Assembly (NCBI GenBank): GCA_963751455.1
Contig: CAVVUN010000001.1
Location: 192,001 to 256,000, forward strand
From: Nitrospirota bacterium
Lineage (GTDB): Bacteria > Nitrospirota > UBA9217
Length of the DNA: 64,000 nucleotides
Direction: 5' to 3'
Of the stretch, positions 60,901-64,000 are shown piece by piece (the stretch's first letter is position 1; the number at the start of each line of letters is the position of its first letter). The notes below the pieces were generated by a model. It had not been told where the DNA came from. It worked only from the letters and a program-made list of their open reading frames with translations, and made no database searches. A program made the translations under genes and the position numbers.

Positions 60901-62804
60901 TTGGAAACAGCATCCCAGCTGAACGTAGCCGGCGTCGTCCCGGCAGCTACCGCAGTAGACAGCTTGCCTCCGTTTGCTATCGTCGTAGTCCCTTCCTTCA
61001 AGTAAATGTTTACTTTTGCCGGATTGACGATCGGCCTGTCCCTGGTATCGATGCCTTCCGATGCGCGAATAATCACCCAGGCGCCGTTTATCTTCTTAAG
61101 AGTAGTATAGAGCGAGTCTTTGGGCGCCGCATCAGCGCATTCCTTCAGGGCCACTGTCGAAGTTGCCGATAATTTGAATTCGAAATCGGCCGTGTCACCA
61201 ACGACATTGATGTCGCCAATAACTTCACCCGTGATGGATGTCCCACAGTACTGCCATTGCGTGAATGCATCGTTGGACAGCATATCGCTGAATTCTTTTA
61301 TAGAATACTTACCATCGCGATTCACGTCGGATCTATTGTCGATATACTGTGACGTATCGTATTCCATATAGAATTCGCCTGACATGACACTCTGTATTTG
61401 CGCCAGATTGCGGTCGTTGAAGCCGCGCACCCATTTCCCGAATACGTCCTTAACCTGCGCTTGGGCATTCTGGGTCGTCGTGTCTGCCGTGGCGGTTATG
61501 CCCGATGATAAGGATGCCGATATTGTACCGAGAGATCCGTTTAAATCCATCATGACATTGCCGGCAAGGTCTTTCCCGCCGGAGACTTTTAACGTGTAAT
61601 TGGTCCCCAGCTGAAGGGGTGTGCCGAGGGCGAATTCGTATACATAATATCCGTCGTTGTCTTTGCCGACAAACAGAACGCCCGGTTTAGCTCCAAGGCT
61701 GGGAGTGCCTTCGAGAAGAAGTGAATTAATATCGAGCACTTTGTTGGATCCGATCCTTATCGGTTTCGTTACGTCCACCGGGCTTCCCATTTCTACCACA
61801 GTCGGGCTGAGCCAGACACCGGTAGGCGCAAGAGTATCCGTCCCGGAAGCGGTCTTGAATGTGCCGACTGCCGTCAATGCCACGGCATTTCCATACACAT
61901 TTGTGACTGCGGGCACCAGGGTAGTCGCCTGGTCGGCACCTGTAACCGTAACGGTATAAACAGTATTGGCAGCAAGGGTCACCCCTGCGTCCGGATAAAA
62001 CGTGGCCGTAGTCCAATCCGGGGACAATGTCCAATGACCTGAAATGGCCGGAGATATTTTGATGCTTGAAAGATTGTCACGCCACATTGCCATGCTGAAC
62101 GAAATCTGGATGGCGGCGTTGGTCGGAAAAGTAGACGTTGAATTGCCCCACGACTGCGTGCCATCCGTATTTTTACCGAAACCGAACATTGTTCTTACCG
62201 TAGGAGCCGCATCGCTCGGCTGGGCCACCAAGTTAGTTCCGGTAACCGCATTTTCGTACTTGTTTACGATAGTCTGTGTTGCTACGAGCGGTTTCGAGCC
62301 AAGAGTAAATTTCCACGCAACCAAGGTATATTTTCCCGCCGGAATGAGAGCTCCTTCTGTATATGCCCCGTTATTTAGAGCCGCATTGGTCAAGGTGCTG
62401 AGGGTGTAATCTCCATTTGCGTCGGCAGTAGTTTCCGCAATAGGAGCAAGCCATTCAGGATGATCAGCATCATAAAGCCAGACATCGGCGTTGTTAAGAG
62501 GTATGTCAGTCGCCATAAACGTCTTGTTAAGACCGCTGGTAGGAAGTGTCGAAAGATAGAGGTCGCTGCCCGGTCTTCCCATCGGCGCACCGCCCAATGA
62601 CTTGTAGGAAGGTTTTGATACGGTACTCGACAGGGTCACTTTTCCGGAAATGGTTGTAGTAGCCGGCGTTGTGCCGCCGCCTCCATCTCCGCCTCCGCCA
62701 GTGTCAGGTGTCCCGCCGCCACCGCCTCCACCGCCGCCGCAGGACGTTATGATGAGAGCCATTGTAAGAAGAATTGCCAACAAACAAGATATCTTTTTCA
62801 TCAC
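57990..62804 (-). CDS. 1604-aa multidomain surface lipoprotein with Ig-like modules and an EF-hand-like loop
   Basis: Lipobox ITSC + poly-Gly. Big_5-like segments (ISFSMAM...ATFYP...YTVTV; KDLAGN). DVNRDGKYSIKE. Repeated FxxxVxLxxGxNxVxIxD modules. Confidence 0.85.
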   Translation of the reverse strand: MMKKISCLLAILLTMALIITSCGGGGGGGGGTPDTGGGGDGGGGTTPATTTISGKVTLSSTVSKPSYKSLGGAPMGRPGSDLYLSTLPTSGLNKTFMATDIPLNNADVWLYDADHPEWLAPIAETTADANGDYTLSTLTNAALNNGAYTEGALIPAGKYTLVAWKFTLGSKPLVATQTIVNKYENAVTGTNLVAQPSDAAPTVRTMFGFGKNTDGTQSWGNSTSTFPTNAAIQISFSMAMWRDNLSSIKISPAISGHWTLSPDWTTATFYPDAGVTLAANTVYTVTVTGADQATTLVPAVTNVYGNAVALTAVGTFKTASGTDTLAPTGVWLSPTVVEMGSPVDVTKPIRIGSNKVLDINSLLLEGTPSLGAKPGVLFVGKDNDGYYVYEFALGTPLQLGTNYTLKVSGGKDLAGNVMMDLNGSLGTISASLSSGITATADTTTQNAQAQVKDVFGKWVRGFNDRNLAQIQSVMSGEFYMEYDTSQYIDNRSDVNRDGKYSIKEFSDMLSNDAFTQWQYCGTSITGEVIGDINVVGDTADFEFKLSATSTVALKECADAAPKDSLYTTLKKINGAWVIIRASEGIDTRDRPIVNPAKVNIYLKEGTTTIANGGKLSTAVAAGTTPATFSWDAVSNVSTYVVILVDARNPGQGMAFALPSTMTSISTDKDPISVGAKDVSCKFGFCEDGGGGPSNSPGGSTGGGGGGNGPFAEGGQYYWEVIGLGSIGINTIGNDPKTDPTAPKTSDIIADIMAISSVNNFSVDGIYKEITVTVTAAGSTTPLVFNENFDGFDAGGADSVTIKVHTMNPDLATNMGCAGLNVNGSGSQNYPLTFTNGDVTVTAQLYRGWSNIGIWDCAGLGKSFRVQTTGGIPPVISITSVVDDLGQALSKGTYGDYYNSKDSATFKSGSKKLTITGAVLVAGLPVGSTLPNLNVNVWNESQANYYAQAPVDYSSGNGTFTVTVEIFQGDNWLNLGGSVSSGTGGSMGNGYNANMGVYTDTGSVYVPPFGNVTVWSTTTTTLSPTKSYGNSTEWDATGDSDYTVTVTGRLKKPIDGTYWINSEGSNSNGTLKAMTDGSFSLTVELFTGWNNVSMNDADGNWYGLNIYITLGKQVMKATISTINGDPYTAPTGGMGTASVTTCSATIVGQALVGDVNVNWNGYDGSTSHSEWQTVKLTGTEGTLGTFTVTVPIVGGAGNYNYVDINDANYKWTGISITGPASGCAYQNPAVTLTEVRNSDNVPLTVDTYGNYDAGAYQTITVIGTTNRPGRTINAHIGVCGLNDVKSATADTTETATGSGLYSWTITGIPVYDSTNSGSTWINIDGGNYQSNISFGVNSSNGIKPTPPITVSAVSSAVKMVNPYGGCGDSQWDATSGTTSVQQVTITGSTTAPAGTGNYMDSTGGNHQFTINADSTFSITVDVYDGWNYVSINDSAWNYAGVSIQTANARPKPQFVTITSPTNGATGITGVQNVTGTIIDANASGYIPSRVYAWVNSYDPLTGTSTSQEYSSDPRDQMEMNKKPITFDGSSFSFQLDFGAGTQFTIGVNAYDEVTWTGHGHNIDVNTLYPGTGYYYKARVAPSSSGNQYLKQESLKQYIMIMSKDR

Positions 62805-63083
62805 CTTACCCCTTTCATAAAAAATGGATTCAAATGTTCATTCTCTTCACAAAAGAGAATGCGTTTTCGCAGGTCGATAATTCTTACGTTCGTTTTAAGC
62901 TTTTCCTATTTGTCTCCTTTCTTAAAGGGAAGTATACCAAAGTATAAGCAAATATAGATTCGGTTCTGCTTATAGTCAAGGTAATATTCCCGTTTACAGC
63001 CTGAGTTCTTTTCAGCAAATTAAAACTTTTGATTACAGGTCATTTTTCTTATACAAAAAAAAGGTGGGACATCAAATAAAATA

Positions 63084-63100
63084 AGCAATTATAATGCCGA
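63084..63100 (-). promoter_or_regulatory. Sigma54 -24/-12 promoter
   Basis: TCGGCATTATAATTGCT on the minus strand (GG-N10-GC), ~280 nt upstream of the 1604-aa gene. Confidence 0.6.
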
Positions 63101-63391
63101 AATAAATACTCATTAATTCAAACAATTATAAAAGTGTAGTGTGAAATTTATTACATAGCAATTGTCATAAATGACAACAGTCTTCGTAGTACTTTGAATT
63201 TATGAAAGGTTTTGTCAGGAGAATCGTGACAGAAAAGCGCACTTTCTGTCAGTTATCCTGCAACGAATCCGTTGAAAAGAAGGTGAAAGGGTAATAGAGG
63301 AATCTGTTGGCCCGCTGTTATTGAGAAAAACACTACAGAAGCGCAAACAATAAAGAATAAAGAGCAGTTGGTGAACGGCATCAAATATTGA

Positions 63392-64000
63392 TTAATAAGA
63401 ATAAGACGACGACAGGCTGATGGTCCATCCGAAAATAGATGCATCCTGCGCATTGGTGCTTCCCGTAATCTGGGATTTACCATCGCCGCTGATGAGACCG
63501 CCTCCGAAGGTGACCGATGTATTACGGGTAAAATGACTGATACTCAGGCTTCCGCCGTAAACGTCGATGTGCTCTTCAATGGCGGTCACGCCTGGCTGAA
63601 TATCGGGTGTATTTGCCATATTGGTATAGACGCCGCCGCGGAGCGCCCAATTTTTGCTGAGATAGTATTCAGTTCCGAGAGCCACATTAAGGACTGGTTC
63701 CTTGTTTCCGAATATCGGGTCAGTTACTGACGTGTAGTATGTTAAATCACCTGATATGAGAAGACTGCCTGAGGCGAAATATGCTGCGCCGAGCGCCAGC
63801 CGTGTCGGATATTTTCTTTCGGTGTTGTCTCTGATGTCCGGGAAACGCAGCAGATTACTATTGGGGCAGTTAGCCCCAATTCCTGTCGGGTCGGAACAGG
63901 TGTTCTGGTCGGTAGCTTTGGAGCTCGTCACGTAGGTCTTTGAAGCGGAGAAGCCGAGAGATAATTTCTGAAAGGGGGCCCAAATGAGACCGATGACAGG
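63392..64000 (-). CDS. Outer-membrane beta-barrel, FadL/OmpP1-like (3' part only)
   Basis: Open frame to the window edge. LALGAAY, NVALGTEY, ALRGGVYT strands. C-terminal SSSYSY. Confidence 0.7.
   Translation of the reverse strand, partial: PVIGLIWAPFQKLSLGFSASKTYVTSSKATDQNTCSDPTGIGANCPNSNLLRFPDIRDNTERKYPTRLALGAAYFASGSLLISGDLTYYTSVTDPIFGNKEPVLNVALGTEYYLSKNWALRGGVYTNMANTPDIQPGVTAIEEHIDVYGGSLSISHFTRNTSVTFGGGLISGDGKSQITGSTNAQDASIFGWTISLSSSYSY

Overview
Chromosomal window from a diderm bacterium. Gene content and order resemble Nitrospirota or deltaproteobacteria (inference). The core is housekeeping: ccsB-hemA-hemC-cobA/hemD-iscA-like-hemB, lysS-lolC-lolD, ubiD-like-CNNM-purC, pilB-pilT-pilC-pilS-pilR, aroE, pgsA, polA, tamB, glnD and mazG. 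Two clusters of large surface or lipoprotein genes flank it (1-8.5 kb and 54-64 kb). The main find is an AT-rich, integrase-less ~2.6 kb islet at the 3' end of tRNA-Thr(CGT), bounded by a perfect 48-bp att repeat. It carries a translationally coupled three-gene operon: a RelE/HigB-like toxin, an XRE-HTH antitoxin with a long C-terminal tail, and an unrecognised 220-aa protein. Two palindromic operators precede the operon. The layout matches toxin-antitoxin-chaperone (TAC) systems, but the third gene is not an obvious SecB. Also notable: two ~165-bp MITEs with IS66-like and IS1380-like ends and intact target duplications, both carrying a 9-10-nt-periodic hairpin whose relatives recur between core genes; a Pol I with all three proofreading motifs altered; and six +1 frameshifts in conserved genes that are probably sequencing errors.
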